Shown here piece after piece: positions 28,879-39,349 of a DNA stretch of 64,000 nt (position 1 is its first letter; every line of letters begins with the position of its first letter). The position numbers and the translations under genes are program-made. The notes under the pieces were generated by a model that did no database searches, was not told the DNA's origin, and saw only the letters and a list, made by a program, of their open reading frames with translations. Origin of the DNA: Nitrospirota bacterium (GTDB lineage: Bacteria; Nitrospirota; UBA9217); assembly GCA_963751455.1 (NCBI GenBank), contig CAVVUN010000003.1, positions 32,001 through 96,000 on the forward strand, given 5' to 3'.

Positions 28879-30180
28879 TTATTCGTCCCCAAATCCCAGG
28901 CGCGAGGAATATAATTTGCAAAATTCTCCAAAAGCGACTTTGATCACTTCTTCTCGGATTGTTTCACCCATTCCCCAGCCTGGGAAACCGCGCAATTGGT
29001 CCCCAAAGTAAATTGGCGTTGGATAGTGCGGAGCAGCTTCGTCATTTAAAGAATAAGACACATCGCTCTTTTCCGTTTCGGTCTCTTCATCATAAATTTC
29101 TCGCCATGTATCATACGATAACTGGACGCAATGCTGCAAGGACTCATCAGTAGAGCCAATTTGAGCAGCCACCATTTTTAAGCGGCTGCGTAAATCATCA
29201 GACTGATGACCCCACTCAACCTGTCGTGATTTTGCAAGATGCTCAAAGAGCTTCGAATAACCTTTCCAGCTCTGCATCTCATCTCTCGTAAACAACATAA
29301 CCTCCGCGTCAAGTTGTGTAACTACAGCTGCGCCGAGATCGTGTAGACCTGCCCTAGAATCAATCAGTACCGCATCTGGAGTAAACTCTGCTCCTGCTAT
29401 CGAATTGACAAGATTTTGCAAATTTATTCCCAAGCTTTTCCAAGTATCTCCATCATTTGACAAAGATGTAAGATAAGCTCTGCCGACTTTAGCTACGTAT
29501 TCTTTTGTTTCACTTCCCCACGCTGGAACACAAAAGACAGCACCAGTTCCTTCTGAAAGAGCAGGAACCCGAAACCAATAATCATTCGTTAGCTTTTCTG
29601 GTGCGTTATCCACAAGTGCCTCAACCAACCAATCAGTCACACCGTATTTCGCGCCATCCTTTCCTAACAGTATGCCAAGGCCTGGCGCTTCCAGATCTAA
29701 GTCAACTAGAACGACTTTCTTCCCCATTTTCGCTAGATGACGTGCTAGTACAGTTATAGCTAAAGACCTGCCAACACCGCCTTTTATACTATATGCAACT
29801 GCCACAGGAATGCGTGATTTCCATTTAGAAGGTCGAAGCCAGTCTTGGTTAGTTAATAACCTGTCTACCAAAAATGTTTCCAATTCAGCACTAGGTAAAA
29901 CTACCTTATCTTCCGAAGCTAGAACATCCTCTGGATCGATAAGGTCTCTTTCTGATAGTATGACGCTATTCATTCCTGAACTATAAGGACCTAAATTACT
30001 ATGTAATTTTTCTGCAATTTGCCGACCAGCTTCAATGGATTCAAATTCCTTAACAACCACGGTAACTCTTCCATTTGTTTGTCGGACTATTGTGATTGGC
30101 GGCTTAACTTGGGCCTTATATTCAATAAGAATTCTTTCAACAATTGGAATCACATTGTCAAATAAAACAGAAGTTTTCAC
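28879..30180 (-). CDS. ParA/MinD-like ATPase with KGGVGR variant Walker A
   Basis: YSIKGGVGRS, VDLDLEAPGL, LIDSRAG; about 120-aa N-terminal extension. Confidence 0.85.
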   Translation of the reverse strand: MKTSVLFDNVIPIVERILIEYKAQVKPPITIVRQTNGRVTVVVKEFESIEAGRQIAEKLHSNLGPYSSGMNSVILSERDLIDPEDVLASEDKVVLPSAELETFLVDRLLTNQDWLRPSKWKSRIPVAVAYSIKGGVGRSLAITVLARHLAKMGKKVVLVDLDLEAPGLGILLGKDGAKYGVTDWLVEALVDNAPEKLTNDYWFRVPALSEGTGAVFCVPAWGSETKEYVAKVGRAYLTSLSNDGDTWKSLGINLQNLVNSIAGAEFTPDAVLIDSRAGLHDLGAAVVTQLDAEVMLFTRDEMQSWKGYSKLFEHLAKSRQVEWGHQSDDLRSRLKMVAAQIGSTDESLQHCVQLSYDTWREIYDEETETEKSDVSYSLNDEAAPHYPTPIYFGDQLRGFPGWGMGETIREEVIKVAFGEFCKLYSSRLGFGDE

Positions 30181-30578
30181 GAATTACTCCTTAACCCGAG
30201 CAAACCTGCTGCGCCGAGTATTCTTGCAGACCATTTTTTGTGGCTGTCACATACCTCTGTCTTGACGAAACCAGTTGCCTCGTATCGTTGCGCCACATTC
30301 CAATCGTTGAAAGGTCTGCTCGCTGAATTCAATAATTGAAAGACGCTTGGGTATGCCTTGGGATCAATATGGATAGATATTTTTTCCCATAACTCATTGA
30401 CGTGTACTCGAAACTGGCGGTCAAGCTCTTGATCAAGATAACATCGATTGCGCAAACAGCTTTTTAGAGCGCATTCAGTAGCGATTCCAAAAAGTTGATC
30501 CGCATTATCAAAGCGTTGTACTTCAAACAAACCCTTACCGTCCAAGTAATGTCGAATTGCTGCCTCAGTAAAGCTCAT
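30177..30578 (-). CDS. HEPN-domain protein
   Basis: AAIRHYLD...NADQLFGIATECALK...H...W...RY pattern of HEPN helical bundles. Confidence 0.75.
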   Translation of the reverse strand: MSFTEAAIRHYLDGKGLFEVQRFDNADQLFGIATECALKSCLRNRCYLDQELDRQFRVHVNELWEKISIHIDPKAYPSVFQLLNSASRPFNDWNVAQRYEATGFVKTEVCDSHKKWSARILGAAGLLGLRSNS

Positions 30579-30856
30579 TTTTACTCCAGTAAGCGCCCAG
30601 TTAATTTTAGGACGGCCACAATGAATATGTCGACATTCCCCTTAATGATAGAGCGACGATATTAAACCATGTTTAGCTATGTATGTCAACCGGTTAACGT
30701 CCTAATTATAATTGGAGGCAGTCCCCGCTAATTGCGGGCAACGAGAGCTACTCTAGACTTGATAATCATATCAAGGCAGCACCTCAGCATACCAGAGCGC
30801 TTCAGCACTCTGGTATGTTTCAAGGAAAGAGGCCAATCTAACCTTGGAGGTGCTAT

Positions 30857-31185
30857 ATGAAATTATATGTCGGTTCAGACTTACATTCAACCAACACACC
30901 TTGGAATCAAGGATGCTGAAGGGAAACGGGTATTCGGGAAGAAGCTGCCTTACAATCGCGAAGTCATCCTGAGCACTCTCGAAGCCATACCAAAATGATA
31001 TTGCAGGAATTGTCGTCGAGTCTACCTACAACTGGTATTGGCTTGTTGACATACTGATGACAGAAGGTTACAAGGTGCATTTAGCTGATCCGGCAGAGAT
31101 TCAGAAATACACAGGATTAAAATATGATCGAGATGATGCTTTCTGGCTGGCTGAGATGCTGCGCCTGGGCATCCTGCCTGAAGGA
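30857..31185 (+). pseudogene. IS110-family transposase remnant (N-terminal RuvC-like part, frameshifted)
   Basis: MKLYVGSDLHS, VVESTYNWYWLVD, DRDDAFWLAEMLRLGILPEG across frames. Confidence 0.85.
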
Positions 31186-31298
31186 AAGAGGGGCTTTAGG
31201 GAGCGACCGAAATGAACTATCGCTCTCTTGCTCATTTTTTCGCTGCCCATCGTTTAAGCGCCATTCAGTCGCGTTACTTCGTCATTATTCCCGGTGTC

Positions 31299-32501
31299 TC
31301 ACGTATCCTTAAGAAAAAGACTTCTAACCTTATTGGCTCCGATCAATTCCTTCAGCAGCGTATAATTTTTTTTCTCATACCTGATGCGTCCCGCCGGAAT
31401 CGCGGGACTGATCCTCAGCTCCTCGGCAAATGCCCGCACCGCCTGCGCTGAATAGCGGCGGGAAAGCCCGGCCCTGGTCCATTGCTTGGACGGTATGAGC
31501 GCTTCCGACGCGAGCTTGTCCGCTTCCTTCTCAACCCTCTCTGTTCCGGCTTGCGAGAAATCGTCAAAAAAAATGTCCAGGGCGTTTTTATCCAGGTGAA
31601 GGGCGATGTGGGCCAGTTCATGGCAGAGCGTGAACCAGAAGTGGTCCAACCGGTCGTAGCGCAGCGTCAGCGCGACCAAGGGGGACCCGTCGGAAAGTTT
31701 TATCGCGGCCCCATCCAGAAACGTCTTCGGCAGATGAAGTTCCACAAGAAAATGAATTCCGTTTTTGTTCAGGAATTCTTTGGCAAGCTTCGGGCCGGCA
31801 TCAAGGTAACTCAGCCGGACCAACTCGCGCAGAAAATCAGGGGTGATCGAGCCCGGCCGATACGGAGGCAAGGATTCCCGCATCGCAAGGGTGGAAACAC
31901 GGATGCGCCAGGCGGCCAGCGCGTACGGGTCCATGTTACCGCCGCTCCGGACGTGCTGCCGGTTCAAGGCGGGCTGCAAGGCTTCAACCCCGATCGGTCC
32001 GACAAATGACGCGAGAAGATCCTCCAGCTGTTCTTTTGCATCGGCCAAGGTCCCGTTAAAGCCGGGGAACCACCCCCGCTTGAGCATCTGCGCAATCGGA
32101 AAACGCTGCCCTTGCAAGGCCGGAGAGTTCGGGTCAAGCTTCGCTCCCGGCTTTCGAAGCATGACTTCCGCCGGAATGCCGAGACCCTCGACGAGACCTC
32201 GGATCATGCTCAGGCTGAGACTTCGCCGGCCGGAAAGAACTTCCGATACCTTGCTCGGACTCCCTATGTACGGCACCAGGTCTTTCGGCTTCAGTCCCTG
32301 CTGCTCCATTCGAAAGCGTATCGCGGTCAAAGGGTCGGGCAACTCGACGGGGAACGCCTTGCTCTCGTAAAGCTCCACCAGGGTTGAGAGCAGCTCCAGT
32401 TCATCACCTTCCGGCGTGCCGGGTGCAGCCTCGAAAATCTCGTCGATGCGCGACATGGCTGCTTTATAGTCTTTTTTGGTCTTGATGATCTTCGGTTTCA
32501 T
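31299..32501 (-). CDS. higA: HigA-like HTH antitoxin fused to ImmA/IrrE metallopeptidase
   Basis: PDPLTAIRFRMEQQGL, VSEVLSGRRSLSL, FWFTLCHELAH (HExxH). Confidence 0.85.
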   Translation of the reverse strand: MKPKIIKTKKDYKAAMSRIDEIFEAAPGTPEGDELELLSTLVELYESKAFPVELPDPLTAIRFRMEQQGLKPKDLVPYIGSPSKVSEVLSGRRSLSLSMIRGLVEGLGIPAEVMLRKPGAKLDPNSPALQGQRFPIAQMLKRGWFPGFNGTLADAKEQLEDLLASFVGPIGVEALQPALNRQHVRSGGNMDPYALAAWRIRVSTLAMRESLPPYRPGSITPDFLRELVRLSYLDAGPKLAKEFLNKNGIHFLVELHLPKTFLDGAAIKLSDGSPLVALTLRYDRLDHFWFTLCHELAHIALHLDKNALDIFFDDFSQAGTERVEKEADKLASEALIPSKQWTRAGLSRRYSAQAVRAFAEELRISPAIPAGRIRYEKKNYTLLKELIGANKVRSLFLKDT

Positions 32502-32560
32502 CAGATGGTCTCCGCGTCGATCTTATCGTATTCCTTATGCGTCCCCACGAAGCGGATATA
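32501..32560 (-). pseudogene. higB: C-terminal remnant of HigB toxin
   Basis: Reads YIRFVGTHKEYDKIDAETI*, with TGATG overlap into higA; no homology seen upstream. Confidence 0.8.
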
Positions 32561-32849
32561 AGTTAGTAAAGCAAGAATACTATCTTTATATGAAGGGGGC
32601 AAGGGGAAAGTATGAAAACCTAATGCGTTACGGAGTGACAACAGAGAGACGACCGCGAAATCGACGAGAGGCTACAAGTGAGGAGTCGTTACAGCTATCG
32701 ATTACGGGACGTAATCTGTGGCAGCGGCGCTGGATTCCACGTTGCAGAATACAGGAAGTATTCGAAATTGAAGCTCCCTGCAGCAAGCTGCGGGGGTTAG
32801 CGCGAAGTGAAGGTTCGTAGAGGAATCTCCAGAATTCAGGCCTACTGCG

Positions 32850-33692
32850 TCACCCGAGCCCGGCCGCTCGCGCGATCAGAAACAACCCTGCCCCGACGGC
32901 AACGACCCCGGTGGCTCGCGCGGCGCGCTCACCCACGCGTGCGAGACGTTCAACGTTGATGGCTGTTGCTACGACAGCCATTGCACGAAGGTCCATCACC
33001 CCGATGACCAGGAGGATCGCGATAAGATTAATACAGCAGTGGATACAGCAGCGTCCGAGGCGCAGGCCGTATCGCCAGGCCGTGCGGCCATCGTCCGGGA
33101 GCGTACGGCCGCGCCCGGGTGCCTCCCGCCACCAGGCAAGGGGACGCGCCTTCCATGCGCTAAACTGAAGCGCGCCGGCGATGAGGACGACCACACCGAC
33201 CGCAATCGGGACGGCGCGCGCCAGCGCCGGCTGCTGCATCTCGATTGCCGCGAGCGCGACGCCCAGAGGAAAGGCGGTCATCCCGAACACGGTCCAGACG
33301 AAGAAGTATCCCACGCCCACGAGCGCAGTCAGCCGGCCCAGGCGCGTCTCGCCTGTCCTGCCGACGGCCCGGCGATAGCGCCACAGCATTGGAACCAGGG
33401 ACGGCAGCATCATCGCCACCATCATCACGACCCACATGCTGAGAAACGACGCCGCTGTGCCGGGCCACGTCTGTCCGGGCATCCTCATCCACGCCATCGA
33501 CATCGTCCAGCCGCCGGGCATCGGCATCTCGCCCATCGCCGACATGGATGTGCACCGGACGATCGTTATCGCCGCGCTGGCAGCGAAGAGCAGCGCCGAG
33601 ATGCCGAAGAAGGCTCGCTGTGAAAGTCGCTCGGAAACCATATCGCCTGCGCCGCCAGGATCACGCCGCTCGGCGCTTGTCGTACTCGTCAT
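32850..33692 (-). CDS. DUF2182 predicted metal-binding membrane protein
   Basis: Met-rich WVVMMVAMMLPS, multi-TM; usual partner of DUF899. Confidence 0.85.
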   Translation of the reverse strand: MTSTTSAERRDPGGAGDMVSERLSQRAFFGISALLFAASAAITIVRCTSMSAMGEMPMPGGWTMSMAWMRMPGQTWPGTAASFLSMWVVMMVAMMLPSLVPMLWRYRRAVGRTGETRLGRLTALVGVGYFFVWTVFGMTAFPLGVALAAIEMQQPALARAVPIAVGVVVLIAGALQFSAWKARPLAWWREAPGRGRTLPDDGRTAWRYGLRLGRCCIHCCINLIAILLVIGVMDLRAMAVVATAINVERLARVGERAARATGVVAVGAGLFLIARAAGLG

Positions 33693-34455
33693 GGCGGCGC
33701 CACCACATGCCGGTCTCGTTGCGGCCTTTGGGCGCGCGGTCGAGCCACTGGTACATGCCCCACAGTCCGTCCAGTCCGCGCGCGTAAGCGGAATACGTGT
33801 GATAAACGACGCCGTCTTCCAGTGCGAACGCGCTCATGCCCGGCCGCTCACGCAGGTACGCGGCCACGTCGGTTCCGGTCATCGAAGCGTTCAGGGCGGG
33901 AGGCGAATCATCGACGGCTTCCTTGCCCATCGTGAAAGGCATCTGCGACGCCGGCGGCTCGCGCCGGTAATTGTATTCGATGCCGCCCTCGCGCTGCTGC
34001 GCTTCGGTAAAGGAGACACTGAAGTCCGCGTTGAAGTCGCCGCCGAACGAGGACGCCCACGGAAACGTCCAGCCCATCCGCCGCTTGTACGCCTGCACCT
34101 TCGCGAACGGCGCGCGCGACACGGCCCAAAGCATCACGTCGTGGTTGGCCAGGTGAACCACGAACCCATTGAAACCGTCCGCAATCGACGAGCACGTCGG
34201 GCAGCCGGCCGTGTAATCCGGCCCGAACATGAAGTGATAGACGAGGAGTTGCGAGCGGCCCCGGAAGAGGTCCGCAAGCCCGGCCTTCCCCTCGTCGGTA
34301 TCGAAACGATACTCCTTGTCAATCCGGACCCAGGGCAATTCCTGCCGCTGCCGCGCCAACTCGTCGCTGCGCCGCGTGAGTTCCTTCTCCGCCTTGAGCA
34401 GCTCCAGCCGGGCCGCAAGCCACTCTTCACGTGTTCCGATCTTGTGATGAGTCAT
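33661..34455 (-). CDS. DUF899 thioredoxin-like protein
   Basis: LFRGRSQLLVYHFMFGP, GCPTCS, YHTYSAYARG, LDRAPKGRNE. Confidence 0.9.
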   Translation of the reverse strand: MTHHKIGTREEWLAARLELLKAEKELTRRSDELARQRQELPWVRIDKEYRFDTDEGKAGLADLFRGRSQLLVYHFMFGPDYTAGCPTCSSIADGFNGFVVHLANHDVMLWAVSRAPFAKVQAYKRRMGWTFPWASSFGGDFNADFSVSFTEAQQREGGIEYNYRREPPASQMPFTMGKEAVDDSPPALNASMTGTDVAAYLRERPGMSAFALEDGVVYHTYSAYARGLDGLWGMYQWLDRAPKGRNETGMWWRRHDEYDKRRAA

Positions 34456-34661
34456 TTTTTCCTCCTTCTTGTCGTCACAGTGATTGAGTATCTGCAGTAA
34501 TCTGTCTAGAGTAATTTTACCACCCGACAAGATGCAATTATCGCAACTTTAGTTGAAGGATAAGGGTTGTTTTCGATGAAGTTTTCTGGGTGAAACGTGG
34601 AATGGTTAGAGGAATGGTAAAGCAACAAGTACAGGAAGAAATCTACAAATGCAGTTCCAGC

Positions 34662-35078
34662 TTAATCAGCAGCAAGATATTTAAAGTCATAAACTTCGCT
34701 GATAAGCTTAAAGTCCTTTTCGTTTCTTGTAATGACGACCGCGCCTGCTCCCCGGGCCGATACCGCGATCAAAATGTCCGCCAGCAGGTCTTTTACCCGC
34801 TTCGGGTCGATTTTTTTGTCCCGTCTCAGCTTCATCATGATCTCGCCGCAAAGAAGCCATTGACGCTCCGTCACAGAAACCACGGTGAAGTTGCGAACGA
34901 TCCGGTCGATCAGTCTCCGCTCCTTGGGCTCAAAAGCACCGGCAAGCAGTTCCATGAGCACTACTGTGCTGAAGGCAATATGGTAATACTGGTTGAGCTT
35001 CAGGAAAGCTTCCTGAAGCGTTTCTTTTCTGAAATGCTCGATAAGGAAGGAAGTATCGGGAACAGCCCTCGGCTTCAC
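34662..35078 (-). CDS. vapC: PIN-domain (VapC) toxin
   Basis: DTSFLI, ELLAG, DILIA, TRNEKDF. Confidence 0.85.
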   Translation of the reverse strand: MKPRAVPDTSFLIEHFRKETLQEAFLKLNQYYHIAFSTVVLMELLAGAFEPKERRLIDRIVRNFTVVSVTERQWLLCGEIMMKLRRDKKIDPKRVKDLLADILIAVSARGAGAVVITRNEKDFKLISEVYDFKYLAAD

Positions 35079-35272
35079 CTGATGCCCTCAAACTTGAACT
35101 TTCCGGCGGTTTCTTCGATAAACTTCCGCATCTTTTCCTGGTAGATAACCTCGGCAAGCGCCGTTTCGATCGCTTCGGTCTCGGTCTTGGAACCCAGAAT
35201 CTTCTGAGCGTTCCTGATCATAGCTTGATCCAGCCTGAAATGCTTGGCGGTCTTTTTCGTTGCCGTCTGCAT
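35075..35272 (-). CDS. VapB-like antitoxin
   Basis: Small RHH-like ORF (KTETEAIETAL) overlapping the PIN gene start. Confidence 0.75.
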   Translation of the reverse strand: MQTATKKTAKHFRLDQAMIRNAQKILGSKTETEAIETALAEVIYQEKMRKFIEETAGKFKFEGIR

Positions 35273-35471
35273 AGTCTCTCCTTTCCATATATATGTGTAC
35301 ATTATACTATTTTGTGGCTACAAGTCAAGGATTTCGACAGCGCTGCTAGAGCATCACTTTTGGCTTTTGCCCGGCTTCTGCTGCAGCAGTCCGATTACAG
35401 GATTATAATCCATGTCAATCAAAAACACTCCCTGATTCGAAAGTACAGGAAGAAAGCAAGTGCCTTGAAAT

Positions 35472-35987
35472 TCATTGCGATTTCACAAAACTGTAGGTCC
35501 TCTTTCCCGTTTTCGTCAACTTGAACAAGCCGCCGGTCATCCTGGCTATTATATCTTGTTCTTTCATGTGATGATCCGAAAATGATATCACGCCTCCCGG
35601 CTTCAATACTCTATGTAGTTCGGCCAGGACAGAATCCGGATCGCCGAGATTGTGCACTATATCGTAGAGTAAGACAATATCCATGCTGTTGTCCGGCAAA
35701 CCGGTGTCTCGACCGGACAGGATGGTTTTTATATTATCGAGTCTCTCTTTTGAAGCTTGCCTCTTCACCTGCTCAATTGCAAGCGGATGGATGTCGAGGG
35801 CATAGACTGTTCCGGAGTTTCCGACCATTTTTGCAGCGACTATAGAATAGCTTCCCGGACCGCATCCATAGTCCAGTACTTGAAATCCCGGCTTGATCCC
35901 GACTTCCTTCAGGATGTTTTCGCGAGGCAAACGCAAGTCGCGAATCTTGAATGAAAAAGACATGATTCGGAAGTGCCAATTCTGCAT
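35472..35987 (-). CDS. Class I SAM-dependent methyltransferase
   Basis: VLDYGCGPG, LHRVLKPGG. Confidence 0.9.
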   Translation of the reverse strand: MQNWHFRIMSFSFKIRDLRLPRENILKEVGIKPGFQVLDYGCGPGSYSIVAAKMVGNSGTVYALDIHPLAIEQVKRQASKERLDNIKTILSGRDTGLPDNSMDIVLLYDIVHNLGDPDSVLAELHRVLKPGGVISFSDHHMKEQDIIARMTGGLFKLTKTGKRTYSFVKSQ

Positions 35988-36077
35988 GGGTTTGTCCCTC
36001 GTCGTCTCCGCGGGTCATCTTCGGAAAGCGGTCCTAACGTCCGGTTAGTGATTTTTCGTGGCCCCACTGCTGCTGAT

Positions 36078-37932
36078 TCAGGAATGCCTCCCGCTGCCCA
36101 GGACCCGGTCCAGATTAAAGGCGGCGCTGATCAGGGCAAAGTGCGTGAACGCCTGGGGGAAATTGCCCAATGCTTCTCCTTCCGACCCGGTTTGCTCCGC
36201 ATAGAGTCCCAGATGGTTGGCATAGCCGAGTATGCGTTCGAAGAAAAGCCGGGCTTGATCGCGCCTTTCCGGAAACGCCTGACCCGCCCGTGTCAGCGCC
36301 TCCACCATCCAGAACGAGCACATATTGAAGGCGCCTTCCCGGCCGGGAAGCCCGTCAATGTCGGACTGCGGTGGGTACCGGTAGACCATGCTGTCGCTCG
36401 CGAGGCCGCCGTTCCGGGGGAAGTCGAGAATGGCGTCTATGGTCCTGATCATCCGCGGGTCCGTCGGGGCGAGAAAGAAGACCAGCGGCATGATCAGCAC
36501 CGAAGCGTCGAGGTCGCTGCTGCCGTAGAATTGCGTGAAGGCCCCGCGTTTTTGATTCCACCCCTGACCCATGATCTGTTCATAGATGCGGTCCCGTTCT
36601 TTGATCCATTTCTCCCGGTTCGCCGGGAACGATCGTTTCTCCGCCAGGCGAAGGCCGCGGTCGAGGGCCACCCAGTTCATTACCTTGGAGTAGACGAAGT
36701 GCTCGGACCTGTTGCGCATTTCCCAGATCCCCTCGTCCGGCAGTTCCCAGTTGTCGCATACCCAGTCGAGCCGGTCGCTGAGCATTCTCCAGAAATCATA
36801 GGAAATGGGCGTTACATATTTGTTATGCAGGTACATTGCATCCATCAGCTCCCCGTAGATGTCGTTCTGGTGTTGCGACGCTGCGGCGTTACCGATGCGT
36901 ACCGGCCCGGATCCCCGGTATCCTTCCCAATGGTCAAGAATCTGCTCCGGCATCAGGGTATCGCCGCGGATGGTAAGCACGGGCATCGGCTGCCCGGAAT
37001 GAATACAGGTTGCCGCGCAGTTCTGCATCCATTTCACGAAAGCGGCCGCCTCGGACGTGAACCCGATGCGGAGGAATCCATACACGGTGAAAGCAGCATC
37101 GCGCAGCCACGTATACCGGTAATCCCAGTTGCGGGAGCCGCCGATCACCTCGGGAAGACTGGTGGTGGGAGCGGCGATGATCGCTCCGGTCGGCTCGAAG
37201 GTCAGAAGCTTGAGCGCCAGGGCCGATCTATGAACCTGCTCCCGCCAACGGCCGTAATAGGTGCAGGAGGATAGCCACCGCTGCCAGAACTTTATCGAGC
37301 TCTGGAACAATTCCTCGGCCTCTTCTTCGTCGGGAGGACAGGGGCAGACGGCGGCATTGACTTCCTTGAAAAGAAAGACCCGTGACTCGCCTTCCTTGAG
37401 CGAAAACTCCGCGATTACGCCGTCTCCGTCAACCACCCTCAGAGGCACTGTCGTTGAAAGAGCGAAGACGAGACCTTCCGTTATGAACAGCGCACCGTCC
37501 GTTTCGACCGATGTCTTATGCGGTTTTCTTCCATAATCGAAAGCCGGGCGGCAGACGACGGAAAAGCGCATCGAGCCCCTGACGCAGCGGACCCGGCGGT
37601 ACAGGTGATGGGACCATGTGAGAATCAGGGGCAACGCCCACCGGCATGAAGTCCTCGACGTCGGCGATACCGTCAACGGAAAGGAAGCGCGTGATCAGGA
37701 TATTGGTGGAAGGCCAGTATAATTGCCTGAATTTGAGGCGTTCCGCGAGAGAAGAAATCTGAAACCTGCCGCCTTTTCGGTCGTCCAGAAGGGCTCCGAA
37801 TATGCTGGGCGAATCAAAATGAGGATAGCAGTACCAGTCAATGGAACCGTTCAAACCCACCAGGGCAACGGTCCGCATGTTGCCGATCATGCCGTAATTC
37901 TCTATCGGCTGATATGCCATAGATTTCTTCAA
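36078..37932 (-). pseudogene. Glycoside hydrolase family 15 (glucoamylase/trehalase-like), frameshifted near 37620
   Basis: IENYGMIGN and FDSPSIF in 37516..37932; AAPTTSLPE, RNWDYRYTWLRD, GNFPQAFTH in 36078..37676; one extra base splits them. Confidence 0.88.
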
Positions 37933-38498
37933 TCCTTTCCATCAGGAGACGGCAATCTTTTAGCCAAAACTACGAGGTTCTCCAACAACTGTCTAATCTT
38001 CTCTCTTGCTTTCTGATCCGTCAGCTTGCCGTCCTTGATCTTTTCGTGTGCAAAAGAGACCATGATCTCCGGGCGGTTCAATGAAAAGCAACTCAGGAAT
38101 ACAAAGCACTGCCGTAGGTGAGACTGGGCTCGCGCTGTGCCCAGCATGCCCGGCGACGCGCCCATAATGGCTATCGACTTATGCTCAAAGGCGTTGTCTC
38201 CGTGTGGTCGGGAGGCGCTATCTATGGCGTTCTTCAGCACGCCCGGGATCGAATAGTTGTACTCCGGTGTCGCTATAAGTATCGCGTCTGCGGCCCTGAT
38301 TTTTGCTTTGAACTCTTTAACCTTTTCTACAGGCTCATTCTCCAGGTCTTGGTTAAAAGGAGGGATTCCCTCAAGATCGAAAACCTCAAGTTCCACGCCG
38401 TCTGGAACAAGCTCCAGCGCGGCGCGTAGCAAGGCCTTGTTGTAGGAGTCTTTGCGCAGGCTGCCGGCAAAACCGAGAATTTTGAAAGCGTTCGCCAT
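37929..38498 (-). CDS. NADPH-dependent FMN reductase (ChrR-like)
   Basis: [26 protein letters not shown]. Confidence 0.92.
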   Translation of the reverse strand: MANAFKILGFAGSLRKDSYNKALLRAALELVPDGVELEVFDLEGIPPFNQDLENEPVEKVKEFKAKIRAADAILIATPEYNYSIPGVLKNAIDSASRPHGDNAFEHKSIAIMGASPGMLGTARAQSHLRQCFVFLSCFSLNRPEIMVSFAHEKIKDGKLTDQKAREKIRQLLENLVVLAKRLPSPDGKD

Positions 38499-38551
38499 GC
38501 TTATTCCCCCATATGAAAGGAGGCGAGGCAATGCCCCCTATCTGCCCTTTT

Positions 38552-39349
38552 TCACACCGTCGGGATTGTCCCACCGTCGATGACGTACTCGCTTCCGGTA
38601 ATGGAAGAAGCCCGGTCCGATGCCAGGAATGCGACCAGTTCGGCAACTTCCTCGGGTCGGTTCGGCCTGCCCAGCGGGATGCCGCCAAGCGAGTCCATGA
38701 TGCGTTGCCGTGCGGCATCCCTGCTGATGCCCGTTCGTTGCGCGATTTCGTTGACCATTCCCTGGGCAGCCCCGGTTTCGGTGTATCCGGGCGCAACGGT
38801 GTTCACGCGAATACCCTTGGGACTGACCTCCTTGGAAAGCCCCTTGCTGTAGTTCGTCAGCGCCGCTTTTGCCGCTGCGTACGCCAGCGTGGCTTCATAG
38901 AGCGGGAGCTTTCGCTGGATGGACGAGATATGAATGATAACTCCCGAGCCTTGCTTCAACATCGATGTAAGAAAAGCGCGATCCAGGCGGACAGCGACAA
39001 ACAAGTTCGTGTCGAACGCACGTTGCCAATCGCCATCGGACAAGGCCAATACACCGCCGCCCGGCGCCGCGGTACCGCCTACGTTGTGGATCAAAATGTC
39101 GAGGCCGCCAAGACGATCCATCACCGCCTTGATGACCTGATCGATCCCTTCGCGCGTGCTGACGTCTGCCTGGACATACCGATCGGGCGTGCTGCCCGGC
39201 GGCACGGACCGTGCCGTGGTGATCACCTTTCCGCCTCCGCGAATGAGGCGCTCCACAATGGCTTCGCCAATGCCCTTGGTCCCGCCCGTAACCAGGATTC
39301 GTCTGCCGTTGAAGTCGGCTGTTTCCCGTGTCCGGGCTTCATTTTGCAT
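38552..39349 (-). CDS. Short-chain dehydrogenase/reductase
   Basis: [18 protein letters not shown]. Confidence 0.92.
   Translation of the reverse strand: MQNEARTRETADFNGRRILVTGGTKGIGEAIVERLIRGGGKVITTARSVPPGSTPDRYVQADVSTREGIDQVIKAVMDRLGGLDILIHNVGGTAAPGGGVLALSDGDWQRAFDTNLFVAVRLDRAFLTSMLKQGSGVIIHISSIQRKLPLYEATLAYAAAKAALTNYSKGLSKEVSPKGIRVNTVAPGYTETGAAQGMVNEIAQRTGISRDAARQRIMDSLGGIPLGRPNRPEEVAELVAFLASDRASSITGSEYVIDGGTIPTV

Noticed and set aside
28879-30180. Plasmid or chromosome partition ParA
   Set aside because: KGGVGR variant, no ParB or parS, and coupling to HEPN and ATPase genes
36030-36055. attC-like CCTAAC...GTTAG sequence, and similar at 27160-27290
   Set aside because: No extended paired arms, no repeated sites and no integron integrase
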